Shown: positions 12,552 through 23,622, numbered from the stretch's first letter. The stretch is 41,834 bases of DNA from Octopus bimaculoides (GCF_001194135.2 NC_068983.1:27733517-27775350); one strand, 5' to 3'. A program made the numbers and translations. The notes: generated by a model from the letters alone, not told the origin.

Positions 12552-12644
<93 letters not shown>
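12402..12644 (-). mobile_element. Penelope-type hammerhead element, copy a (3'-shortened) with (AAT)n spacer running into a gap
   Basis: Reverse complement is near-identical to 13604-13755. Confidence 0.85.
12457..12502 (-). ncRNA. Minimal type I hammerhead ribozyme, copy a (decayed stem III)
   Basis: GATAC-CTGATGA-A-GGCTG[GAGGGTATAT]CAGCC-GAA-ATGT-T-GTGTT. A C>T change destroys the ACGT palindrome. Confidence 0.6.
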
Positions 12645-13482
12645 NNNNNNNNNNNNNNNNNNNNNNNNNNNNNNNNNNNNNNNNNNNNNNNNNNNNNNNN
12701 NNNNNNNNNNNNNNNNNNNNNNNNNNNNNNNNNNNNNNNNNNNNNNNNNNNNNNNNNNNNNNNNNNNNNNNNNNNNNNNNNNNNNNNNNNNNNNNNNNNN
12801 NNNNNNNNNNNNNNNNNNNNNNNNNNNNNNNNNNNNNNNNNNNNNNNNNNNNNNNNNNNNNNNNNNNNNNNNNNNNNNNNNNNNNNNNNNNNNNNNNNNN
12901 NNNNNNNNNNNNNNNNNNNNNNNNNNNNNNNNNNNNNNNNNNNNNNNNNNNNNNNNNNNNNNNNNNNNNNNNNNNNNNNNNNNNNNNNNNNNNNNNNNNN
13001 NNNNNNNNNNNNNNNNNNNNNNNNNNNNNNNNNNNNNNNNNNNNNNNNNNNNNNNNNNNNNNNNNNNNNNNNNNNNNNNNNNNNNNNNNNNNNNNNNNNN
13101 NNNNNNNNNNNNNNNNNNNNNNNNNNNNNNNNNNNNNNNNNNNNNNNNNNNNNNNNNNNNNNNNNNNNNNNNNNNNNNNNNNNNNNNNNNNNNNNNNNNN
13201 NNNNNNNNNNNNNNNNNNNNNNNNNNNNNNNNNNNNNNNNNNNNNNNNNNNNNNNNNNNNNNNNNNNNNNNNNNNNNNNNNNNNNNNNNNNNNNNNNNNN
13301 NNNNNNNNNNNNNNNNNNNNNNNNNNNNNNNNNNNNNNNNNNNNNNNNNNNNNNNNNNNNNNNNNNNNNNNNNNNNNNNNNNNNNNNNNNNNNNNNNNNN
13401 NNNNNNNNNNNNNNNNNNNNNNNNNNNNNNNNNNNNNNNNNNNNNNNNNNNNNNNNNNNNNNNNNNNNNNNNNNNNNNNNNN
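12645..13482. other. Assembly gap (largest of 10)
   Basis: N-run. Others lie at 15908-16226, 18234-18498, 23630-24329, 26062-26465, 28755-29017, 31484-31710, 35476-35485, 37730-37927 and 39705-40391. Most abut microsatellites. Confidence 0.99.
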
Positions 13483-13533
13483 CGGGCTACTAACCCCAAG
13501 ATTCCGAGTCCGATTCCAGGCAGTGACCTGAAT
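13483..13533 (+). promoter_or_regulatory. 3' half of a tRNA-like head (anticodon-like arm and B-box-like motif)
   Basis: GGG-CTACTAA-CCC has a 7-nt anticodon-like loop. It is followed by GAGTCCGATTCC (13506-13517), one change from GAGTTCGATTCC. The A-box would fall in the gap. Confidence 0.6.
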
Positions 13534-13540
13534 GATAGTA

Positions 13541-13589
<49 letters not shown>

Positions 13590-13653
13590 CAACAACAACA
13601 ACAATATCGAAAATTACCTTAGGAATGAGAACCCAGGTTCGAAATTTCCCCAA

Positions 13654-13699
13654 GACACCTGAAGAAGGCTGGAGGGTATATCAGCCGAAACGTTGTGTT
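13654..13699 (+). ncRNA. Minimal type I hammerhead ribozyme, copy b (core intact)
   Basis: Stem I GACAC/GTGTT; core CTGAAGA (CUGANGA); one extra A; stem II GGCTG/CAGCC; GAA; palindromic stem III ACGT; NUH = GUU. Predicted cut at 13694/13695. Confidence 0.8.
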
Positions 13700-14148
13700 A
13701 ACAACAAACAAGATGAGGACAAATATCCGTCAATTGTAAATAATGTAAATAATGTACATAATTCCTCATCTCTTAAATATAGAACTCTAAAATTTATTGT
13801 TTATTTCTCTATGTGCACCAATTGCTAATTTTGCTTGCCGTCTTTACATTTTCCTCCTTCCTCTCTGGAAAAAATTGTTAGAGGAAAAAGAATTGACAAA
13901 ACTGCACGGAAAAAATATTATTACAAAAATAGAAGTCTGATAACAATTCTTAAGAATAGAGAAAAATAAACTCGAGTTTGACGATGAAGTAAAAAGAGAT
14001 TTCCTCAGAGAAATTTCCATTCATACATTGCAAGAACTCTCAAAATGTATTCAAAGTATTTCGTATTCATGATGCATATATCCATATATTTGTATACACC
14101 TATATTATGTACATTGGTATACGCACGCGCACATATAAATATAAATAT

Positions 14149-14187
<39 letters not shown>

Positions 14188-15206
14188 CATACATACACAC
14201 ACTTATATATATATACATACATATACGCATATACACTTCATACACACATATGTACACATACATATATACACGCAAACACACAGAGATATGTATCTATATA
14301 CTGTAGATGAAAGGAGATCCGAAATGTAGGCAGTCACCGGAGTCAGCACTCCTGGGCATAACAGAAGGGATAGCAAGGAACAATGATTCAGTATAACTAT
14401 ATGCTTCATTCAAGCTGAAAAACCGGGGAGATTTTTCAGCCACAGAGTACAAATTAACAAGAAAAGAAGGGATATACTGGCGTCACATTTATTCCTTGCT
14501 TACAACTGCTAGAACAACATCGGATAAATAGATCGTTTAACAAGTCGGAATGTATATGAGTTATGGCTATGCAACATTCATTGTATAATAATGATTGTGC
14601 AAGGAAACCCCATAGATATTTCATCGTCCCCGTGATGAGTAAATTGATACGAGAACATGACTGAATTCAAATCTATACAGATACAGATGTTTTAGCGAGA
14701 GGGGTTCATGTTTCTACTGGAACGACGAGTTTCCTTTGGAAGTGTACATTGAGAAATTGATAAAGATGACGGTTCTAGTGTATCAAATGAAAACCTAATT
14801 CTAAAAGTTCGATTCATTGATTTATCGATATATCAAGACCAGTGTCTGATCGAGCAGGTAAGTCATTGATACACTGGAAACGTCATTTTACCACTTCTTT
14901 TATTTTGCATCTGTCTTCCTGAGAAAAGAAAATGAACAAGTACAAAATTAGCTTCATCTGTATAGAAGGAAGTTCCTCCAAAGTGGTTTCTGTTTATTTA
15001 TTCATCAAATTCATGATGGCATGACAATTTGTCTATTTTCAGTAAATAAAAAAAGGGACATAATCATTGCTCGTGTTCATAAGTAACGATTATAACCTTG
15101 CCAAATGATTTATCTCATATGCTGTGGAAACAACTGTAACAGAGGAATGAATATGCGTACCTTCATTCTTTCGTCTGTGTGAGTGCATGTGTCTGTGTGT
15201 GCACAT

Positions 15207-15264
<58 letters not shown>

Positions 15265-16226
15265 TTATATATCTATGTATATACATGTAAATATATATGT
15301 ATGTAAATAAATTCATATATATATGTATAGAGAGAGAGAGAGAGAAAGAGATGGACAGATACGATTATATATATAAATATATATATTATATATATATATA
15401 CATATATATATACATATAGATATACAGAGAAAGAGAGAGAGGGTGAGAGAGTGAGCGAGTAAGTGTGAGACTTGCTTGAGATACGAAATTTCTCAATTAA
15501 TTGAAATATTGCTTTATAATTGAAGAAAGAAAATGAAAACTTAATCCTAAGAGCCAGGGGAGATAATTTCAAGAAATTAATAATTATTTTCAAACAAAAT
15601 TGTAAGTTTTCATACTTGGGGGAAAACTAATTCTTGCTTCGTATAATACATTGTGTGCTACAGGCATAGTTATATTAATTCGACCACCTGAATTTAGCAT
15701 AGAAATCCGGAGACTCAAGAAGCAGTGGGTATAGAATTTTACATGTAAAACAATTTTGGCTTATGGGACATAATTTGCATAATTGTGAAAAATAAATCTA
15801 CTTGAAATATACGTGCATATGGATAGATTGTAATGTACTGAAGGTCGTACGAAGCTCATTCTCAGCTGGGAAGCAGAAGTTATATAGGTATATATATATA
15901 TATATATNNNNNNNNNNNNNNNNNNNNNNNNNNNNNNNNNNNNNNNNNNNNNNNNNNNNNNNNNNNNNNNNNNNNNNNNNNNNNNNNNNNNNNNNNNNNN
16001 NNNNNNNNNNNNNNNNNNNNNNNNNNNNNNNNNNNNNNNNNNNNNNNNNNNNNNNNNNNNNNNNNNNNNNNNNNNNNNNNNNNNNNNNNNNNNNNNNNNN
16101 NNNNNNNNNNNNNNNNNNNNNNNNNNNNNNNNNNNNNNNNNNNNNNNNNNNNNNNNNNNNNNNNNNNNNNNNNNNNNNNNNNNNNNNNNNNNNNNNNNNN
16201 NNNNNNNNNNNNNNNNNNNNNNNNNN

Positions 16227-16284
<58 letters not shown>

Positions 16285-16417
16285 CAGGAGTGACAACAAG
16301 GACTGTACCCCGCAAATAAAAACAAAAGAACAAAACATGTTGTGCACACTCCACTAACACAAAGATGTAACAGATGATACAGTAGTAAATACCAAATGTT
16401 GAATAATAAGAAGAAGA

Positions 16418-16419
<2 letters not shown>

Positions 16420-16476
<57 letters not shown>
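16420..16476. repeat. (GAT)n microsatellite
   Basis: Visible run. Confidence 0.95.
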
Positions 16477-16479
<3 letters not shown>

Positions 16480-18498
16480 ATTTATTTGCCACAATGGCGA
16501 AGGTTGAGGGTGACAATACAAAGATAGACATAAAGTGTGAGTGTTTTCATATAATGAAATGATAAAAACTAAAAAAAAAAACATGTAGTCTTATAATAGC
16601 TAAATTACCAATCGCTTTTATACCAGAAGGTGAGAATCAAACCCAACAATTATCAGGCATAACTGAAAGTGAAAGTATGGCGTAGGCTCTTTGCCACTAG
16701 ATTCTTACGTGAATTATATGCGGTTTGTAGTTGTTATGGTAGTAAAATATGAAACGATATTCACTGAAGAAAATCAGCACCGTCACACGCTACGAGAAAA
16801 ATGTTAGTTCATTGGAGCTATGTCCCTTATATTGGGAACAAAAGGGCCATCATAGAGTACAAGATATTTCTTTGCAGGGTAGAGTTAGGGCTGGGGCTGG
16901 AGGTATGGATAGAGGGTTAGATGGGCTGATATATTGTATCTCTAAAAGAAATTGAGGAGGGTGGTGAAGATTAATTTTAAAAATATATATGGTCGTAATT
17001 ATGTTTGTGGCCATGATAATGTAGATGTATATACATGTGCTTGCATATTTCAATGTTGCGTTTTGCAAATCTATTAATTCCTTATATTAGAATGGAGAAC
17101 AACACCGATAGGGTGAACTCTAACGTTTATATTTATAGTGCAATTGTTCAGTTTTCTAAGACATGTCTTTACTCATGTGAGCAGTCATGCCTTAGTTTGC
17201 ATGAAGGACGTTTTTCTCTATGATGCTCTCCTCAGCCAAGCAAGGCCTGCAGATACCTCTACTGTTTTGAGTAAGAGTTATACTTTTACTGTATCCTCCA
17301 CTCGATGGAATGTGAAGAGATCTCCTTCAATGCCCTTATATGCTAAGCTAGTGTTATGATATTTCGCCTACCTTGGATAGTAAATGAGGATGTGTTTTTT
17401 TTTTAACTGGATCTACAATGACCTCCTGACATGCCGACATATTTCAGTATGTTCGTTCCCCCACTGGAGTATTTCAATACTACAAAAGTTTTTGTATTGA
17501 ATTGACCATATATTGGGAAAATGGCGTCACATCTGCCTGAGCACACTACCTATACTCATAATTTGATAGTACTTACTATTATTTTCTTTATGCTAGTTTC
17601 ATAGCTAAAAGAGACCCCATAGTGTGTTTATTTAATACTTACTTGTACCAATGTGGTTGGGAGAATTACTTATGACTAAACTAATAAAAGACTTACCCAC
17701 ATAAGTTTTTACACTAAGGGTGAATAGGGATGTAAACCATGTAGCTCTGCTGTGGCGTTTTCTTTTGAGGACAAAATTTCTAGTAGCACGGAGACAAGGT
17801 ATCGAAGATTTCCTCACACGAATTGTCGATAATAGGCTGAGAAAGTTTCTGCTAACACGTGAACCAGAATCCAGAAAACTATAGTAGATCCAGAAAACAG
17901 AAATCTGTAAAAATATATGTCAGTCTCTCATTCAGTTTTAGAATTGGTTTCTAAGTAACACTGGCTACGTTTAATATCACATCAGAATGATAACAACTTT
18001 CAGATTGGTTTCTATTGTGCTTTTTTCATTCGATCCTCGCTGAATTTATCGAGTATGTGACTCGAAAGGATCTTTCTCCTTTCGATAAGGCCAAATCATC
18101 ATCCCTATACACGCCAACCTGATGTCTACATTTATTTGTCTTTATATCTTACTATCTATCTATGTATTTAACTCTCTCTTTCTCTATATATGCACACACA
18201 CACACACATATGTGTATATATATATATATATATNNNNNNNNNNNNNNNNNNNNNNNNNNNNNNNNNNNNNNNNNNNNNNNNNNNNNNNNNNNNNNNNNNN
18301 NNNNNNNNNNNNNNNNNNNNNNNNNNNNNNNNNNNNNNNNNNNNNNNNNNNNNNNNNNNNNNNNNNNNNNNNNNNNNNNNNNNNNNNNNNNNNNNNNNNN
18401 NNNNNNNNNNNNNNNNNNNNNNNNNNNNNNNNNNNNNNNNNNNNNNNNNNNNNNNNNNNNNNNNNNNNNNNNNNNNNNNNNNNNNNNNNNNNNNNNNN

Positions 18499-18539
<41 letters not shown>

Positions 18540-18944
18540 TCACTCAAACGCATCCACCAACATATACAGATACACACACACATATAATGTAATGTAATAT
18601 AATATGGTTTAAAGTGCAGTTGAGAGAAGGTATACGCGTATACCATAACTTGTTTATATGTGCAAAGTCGATGATTCGTTCTATAGCTATATAGATCGTG
18701 TCCGATTGCTCAGGCTTATCATGTTTTTTTCTAGACAACTAAACCAGTCACATCCTAGTAAAACTCCGAGTAGTTATGTAGAATTAATAATCGATTTTAT
18801 GCAAATACACATGCTCACACACCCAAAGATTCTCATTACCCCTACTCGCACGCATACTCAAAGAAATATAAACTCATAGAAACACACACACTCACTCACA
18901 CACACACACACACACACAGACACATGCACACACTTATGTGTGTA

Positions 18945-19365
18945 TACTCTTTTACTTGTTTCAGTCATTTGACTGTGGACATGCTGGAGCACCGCATTTA
19001 GTCGAGCAAATCGACCCCAGGACTTATTCTTTGTAACACTAGTACTTATTCTATCGGACCCTTTGGCTGAAACGCTAAGTTACGGGGACGAAAACACACC
19101 AGCATCGGTTGTCAAGCGATGTTGGTGGGACAAACACAGACACACACACACACACAAACACACACACATACATATATATATATACATATACATATATATA
19201 CACGACGGGCTTCTTTCAGTTTCCGTCTATCAAATCCACTCACAAAGCTTTGGTCGGCCCAAGGCTATAGTAGAAGACACTTGCCCAAGGTGCCACGCAG
19301 TGGGACTGAACCCAGAACCATGTGATTGGTAAGCAGCATACTTACCACACAGCCACTCTTGCGCC
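18945..19365 (-). mobile_element. Family A CORE-type SINE, full length
   Basis: Reverse complement of 1155-1586 along its whole length, including head, CORE-like block, (CA/TA)n and tail. Confidence 0.9.
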
Positions 19366-19458
19366 TATATGTATAATTACTGCTGCGCCTGTATGTATAA
19401 TTACATATATACTTGATATGTGAGTATATATAAATTTCTACATATATACGTATATATA

Positions 19459-19870
19459 GGCGTAGGTGTGGCTGTTTGGAAAAAAAGCTTCTTCAAAACT
19501 GCATAGTACCTGGTTGCGTGCCACTACGTGGCACATTCGGCAAGTGCCTTCTACTATAATCACGGGTCGACCTAAGCTTGGGAGTGCATTTGGTAGACAC
19601 AACCTCAAAGAAGCCCGTTGTATATCTGTGTGTGCGTGTGTTTGTGTGTACGTGCGCGCGTGCATGTGCCCCGCGTACTTGACAGCGGGTGTTGGCATGT
19701 TTACGTACCCATAATTTAGTAATTCGGCAAAAAGAGCCCGATAGAATAAGCATCAGGTTTAACAAAAAAACAAGTACTGTGGTTCGATTCATTCGACTAA
19801 AATTCTTCATGGTGGTGCTGAAGCATGGCCACAGTCTAAAGACTGAAACAAGTAATAAAAAATAATAGAA
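19459..19870 (+). mobile_element. Family A SINE, older and more diverged, full length
   Basis: GGCGTAGGTGTGGCTG head, GGCAAGTGCCTTCTACTATA, AAAGAAGCCCGT and a GCATGGCCACAGTCTAAAGACTGAAACAAGTA tail. Confidence 0.85.
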
Positions 19871-19903
19871 ATTAAAATTTCAAAAATACACATGCACACA
19901 AAC

Positions 19904-19979
<76 letters not shown>

Positions 19980-20049
19980 GCGTGCACACACATGTACACA
20001 CATGTACGAAGGCTTACTGCATACGTCACATCACATTATGCATTGCTTA

Positions 20050-20150
20050 GTCTGTGCTTGTAGTAGATCTCATTTGCCCAAAATCCGCAAAATCGATTCG
20101 AAACTGAAAACATGTGCTTGCGAAGCATACTTCCTTAGCTACACAACCAA
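20050..20150 (-). mobile_element. Degenerate family A SINE head
   Basis: TAGTAGATCTCATTTGCCCAA...AACATGTGCTTGCGAAGC..CTTAGCTACACAACC matches the antisense head. Confidence 0.45.
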
Positions 20151-20494
20151 ACATGTATGTTCTTCATATAATTTAGTCTGAATCTTTCTTCCTTTCTCAG
20201 TTACCATATATAGTCAGAACTGTGTATTGTCTATCCCATCATTTTCTGCCTATTTACCCTAACTACTAAAAGCTCACAATTTCTTCTTTATTTTTAACTG
20301 TTGTTTTATCATTAAGATCGATCTATATCCACACTTCTGTTGAAATTTACAAAACGATCGATACGACTAGATTAATAAATAATGATCAAATTAAAAAATA
20401 AATTCTTCCATCACAGCCTAATTAAAACGTTTTATTTCTTATACCATAAAGAAATGTTGTTTATAAGTTCTTAAGAATTAGTTGGTTTTATAAG

Positions 20495-20539
<45 letters not shown>

Positions 20540-20807
20540 GTATATGTATATGTATATACATATATATATATGTGCATACATATGACTATATGAATGTACA
20601 TATACATATATGACATGCACACATATAAATACACAAATATATGTACGTATGTATTAATATCTAAATGTTAGAAATTGAGCATGAAACTTTTGTATATAGA
20701 ATATATATATATGAATGCGTGTATATGTGCGTGTGTTTGTGTGTGCACAAGTGTATTCTGTGCATGTTTACATATATATATATGTGTGTATATATATCTA
20801 TATATAT

Positions 20808-20845
<38 letters not shown>

Positions 20846-21625
20846 GGGACAGGAAATATATGTATGCATGCATGTATGTATATAAGTATGTAGGCATGCA
20901 TATGAATATATAAACATAATGTTTGTGTATTTATTTTCGTGTCTTCTTGTATGAACACACGCGCGTATGTATAACAACATTTCGGACTAAACCACTACAA
21001 TCTGGTCAGAACATATCCTCTGTCTTAATCTTCGAACACGAACTTACAATTACTCCATTCCATCATGCTACCATTTTCCTTCAGTACACGTCCACTCCTC
21101 TACAATTCTCCTATCTAAAGAGAAACACAATATTAATAACAAAACAATACCAATTCCATAAACTTTCAAAATGAGCTTGGACTGCTATGAATTCTAATAC
21201 TTCTAATAGGAGTGTGAATGCTTGTTATTTACGTGAGCAATCATCTGTGTGTCCTTGTCTACTTTTATGTATATGCGAATATAAGCATGTCTGTCTATGT
21301 GTGTTTGTGTGCTTCTCTATATGTGTGTTTCTGTGTCTATACATTTCTTAGTATATGCGTGTTATTTTTTTGCGTGCGTTTGTGTTCAAATTGATATCGA
21401 CTGCGACTGCTTGAAGGCATTGAACTTGTATGAAAGTACCAAAGTCACGATTTGTTAGCAATTCGCTGTTTTAATTTCCCGTCTCCTGTTCTCATTTTTA
21501 TGTACCATTGTTGGCAAGTTTTATAATTCTATCACACGCTAAAATTGCTGTGACGTTGCCCGTCTCTTCCAACACATTAAAAATCCGATGTACATTATTA
21601 CAACACGATGTTTCACCTTTCAAAT

Positions 21626-21816
21626 ATCACCATCACAATCATCATCATCAGCAGCAGCAGCGGCAGCATCACTATCCTGCAATCTTCGTAGCTGTCTTCG
21701 CCACCGTTGTCTTCGCCGTCGTCGTCGTCAATGTCGTAATCTCCGTCGTCATCCGACTTCACGTCCACTTCCTACTTATCGTCACCACCACCACCATCAT
21801 CATCATCATCGTCACT

Positions 21817-21847
<31 letters not shown>

Positions 21848-22142
21848 TCATCTCCACCACACCAGCGCCACTATCATCATCGTCGTCGGAATCACCACCG
21901 AAGCAATCGTCGTCATTTCTCTCGCCGCCTTCATCACCGTCATCTTCAGTGTAATTATCTCCACAATAATCAGCACCACCAACGCCAACGCCATCGCTGA
22001 CACCACTACCTCCAACATCATACATGGCACCATCAATGGCAATAACGTCATCAGCGTCAACGTTAGTTTCCCAACATCAGCGTCAGTATCACCACCAGCA
22101 TCGCCTCCTTCTCCACATTCAATGCTAACATGGATACCATCA
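21626..22142. repeat. Cryptic trinucleotide mosaic (CAT/CAG/CGT/CAC)n
   Basis: Visible shifting trinucleotide units in one register. Several overlapping ORFs on both strands are low-complexity. Confidence 0.85.
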
Positions 22143-22460
22143 TGATCAAACAACTACCATTCTAAATTCTATTCACATCAGAAAAGAGAGCCAATTTCAA
22201 AGCAGCAGTAATCTTATATCAGATATAAAAACTCTGATTCACTTCATAGATAACATATTCGAAAATTACCAAGAGACGACACTTCACGAGAATCTCAGAC
22301 GTTCAAAATAAACAAGTGGCCACACCGAGCACATTTTTATAATAAACATACACAGAATTACATTTCTATATTTAAGAGATGAGGAATTACGTACATTATT
22401 TACATTATTTATATTATTTACATTTGGCGGATATTTGTCCTCATTTTTGTTGTTGTTGTT

Positions 22461-22506
22461 AACACAACGTTTCGGCTGATATACCCTCCAGCCTTCATCA
22501 GGTGTC
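22461..22506 (-). ncRNA. Minimal type I hammerhead ribozyme, copy c (core intact)
   Basis: GACAC-CTGATGA-A-GGCTG[GAGGGTATAT]CAGCC-GAA-ACGT-T-GTGTT. Confidence 0.8.
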
Positions 22507-22632
22507 TTGGGGAAATATCGAACCTGGGTTCTCATTCCTAAGGTATTTTTCGATGTTATTATTATTTATTTATTTTTTTTTTGTTTTCATTATTACCTTA
22601 GGAATGAGAACCCAGGTTCGAAATTTCTGTAA

Positions 22633-22678
22633 GACACCTGATGAAGGTTGGAGGATATATCAGCCGAAACGTGGTGTT
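22633..22678 (+). ncRNA. Minimal type I hammerhead ribozyme, copy d (cleavage triplet GUG, predicted inactive)
   Basis: GACAC-CTGATGA-A-GGTTG[GAGGATATAT]CAGCC-GAA-ACGT-G-GTGTT. G at position 17 (22673) violates the NUH rule. Confidence 0.65.
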
Positions 22679-23583
22679 AACAACAAACAAGATGAGCACA
22701 AATATCCGTCAAATGTAAATGACATACACAGAAGACCTGATATTTTTCAGCCGTTCCTCCAGATTACATTACCTAGTAAAATTGCTGTAACCCTTTCATT
22801 AACAGAAACGTGGCTAGAGACTTCAACAGAAACAACACCTGTGGATTTGAAATAGCATACAGAGCAAAGAGACTTTAAGCAATGTCATAGAAACTAAGCC
22901 CTCTATATTGTAAATGATCTTGTCTAACACGCACACGTACGTCACAAGGACAGCTACAACAATTCTTCCTCAGACACCGCTTTCTGATTCCCACCACTAG
23001 GATCCTACTGCTTGGCATCCAATTCACCCGACTTTAAAAGAATTATCCATCAAATATCATCATAACGACCATCATTGAGCACATCAATGAAGAACATAAG
23101 GATATTCCTCAGAAACAGAATTGAGATTTTTAGAGTAAAACCGCTCGATGATTACCAGTGTAGACATTGCGATAGATGTATTTAAAATATTATTATAAAC
23201 ACATCAAAAACATATCCCCAAAGGTGATATAAAACGCACAATCCCAATTAGGCACCATAAATAGCTAAAATCATAAAAGACAAACTAAAAAAAAGAAAAA
23301 GAACACAGAAAGCACACACGCCAGAGATATAATTCACCATCAAACAACTGAACAAGGAAATGACCACCGATAGAACTGCAAAAAAAATCACAGAAAAATG
23401 GCAACCATTTATATCCAACATAAAGCAAAAACAATGTCAGTTAAAAAATACAAGTTAGAGTAATTAAGATCATCAGGAAGAACAACGACCACACCATAAA
23501 CGATTTCAAAATGTCCATCACAAATACTAAACTCACATAAAGACATGTTCACACACATATATATATTTACACACACACACACA

Positions 23584-23622
<39 letters not shown>

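Larger units (their letters stand above)
13483..13784 (+). mobile_element. tRNA-headed hammerhead element, copy b (head, (TAA)n(CAA)n, Penelope-like 3' region)
   Basis: Head 13483-13533, spacer 13534-13603, body 13604-13784 ending CTTAAATATAGAA, the same end as copy c. Confidence 0.8.
22358..22721. mobile_element. Inverted dimer of the hammerhead element (copies c and d) with a 12-bp TSD
   Basis: Arms 22416-22545 and 22594-22720 are reverse complements. ACATACACAGAA lies at 22346-22357 and 22722-22733. Confidence 0.85.
22270..23520 (+). pseudogene. LINE APE-endonuclease fossil, interrupted by the hammerhead element
   Basis: RPDI, LTETWL (22799-22816), ALYIVN (22898-22915), GD-I-N-A-Q-S-Q-L-G with a 1-nt insertion (23223, for GDFNA...WG) and NDH (23484-23492, for SDH). 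Order and spacing fit an APE domain. Confidence 0.6.

Noticed and set aside
13483-13520. Possible tRNA gene, as are the SINE heads at 1155, 34038 and 37643
   Set aside because: No complete cloverleaf, and each runs into repeat body sequence. They are treated as tRNA-derived heads.
12397-13653. 300-420-aa ORFs here and similar ones at the other gaps
   Set aside because: Artefacts of translating through N-runs and microsatellites.
17100-17350. Minus-strand GIEGDLF...VEVSAG, faintly like a LINE RT segment
   Set aside because: No QG, YADD or other anchor motif could be read.
17690-17845. Minus-strand segment with a TTTCTCAG acceptor and GTAAGT donors
   Set aside because: The open frame gives an unrecognisable peptide, the phase is unsupported, and it lies on the opposite strand to the other exon candidates.
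12402-22721. CRISPR-like or prokaryotic system suggested by recurring repeats
   Set aside because: Repeats are dispersed or inverted with no repeat-spacer periodicity and no cas-like ORFs. The DNA is eukaryotic in character.
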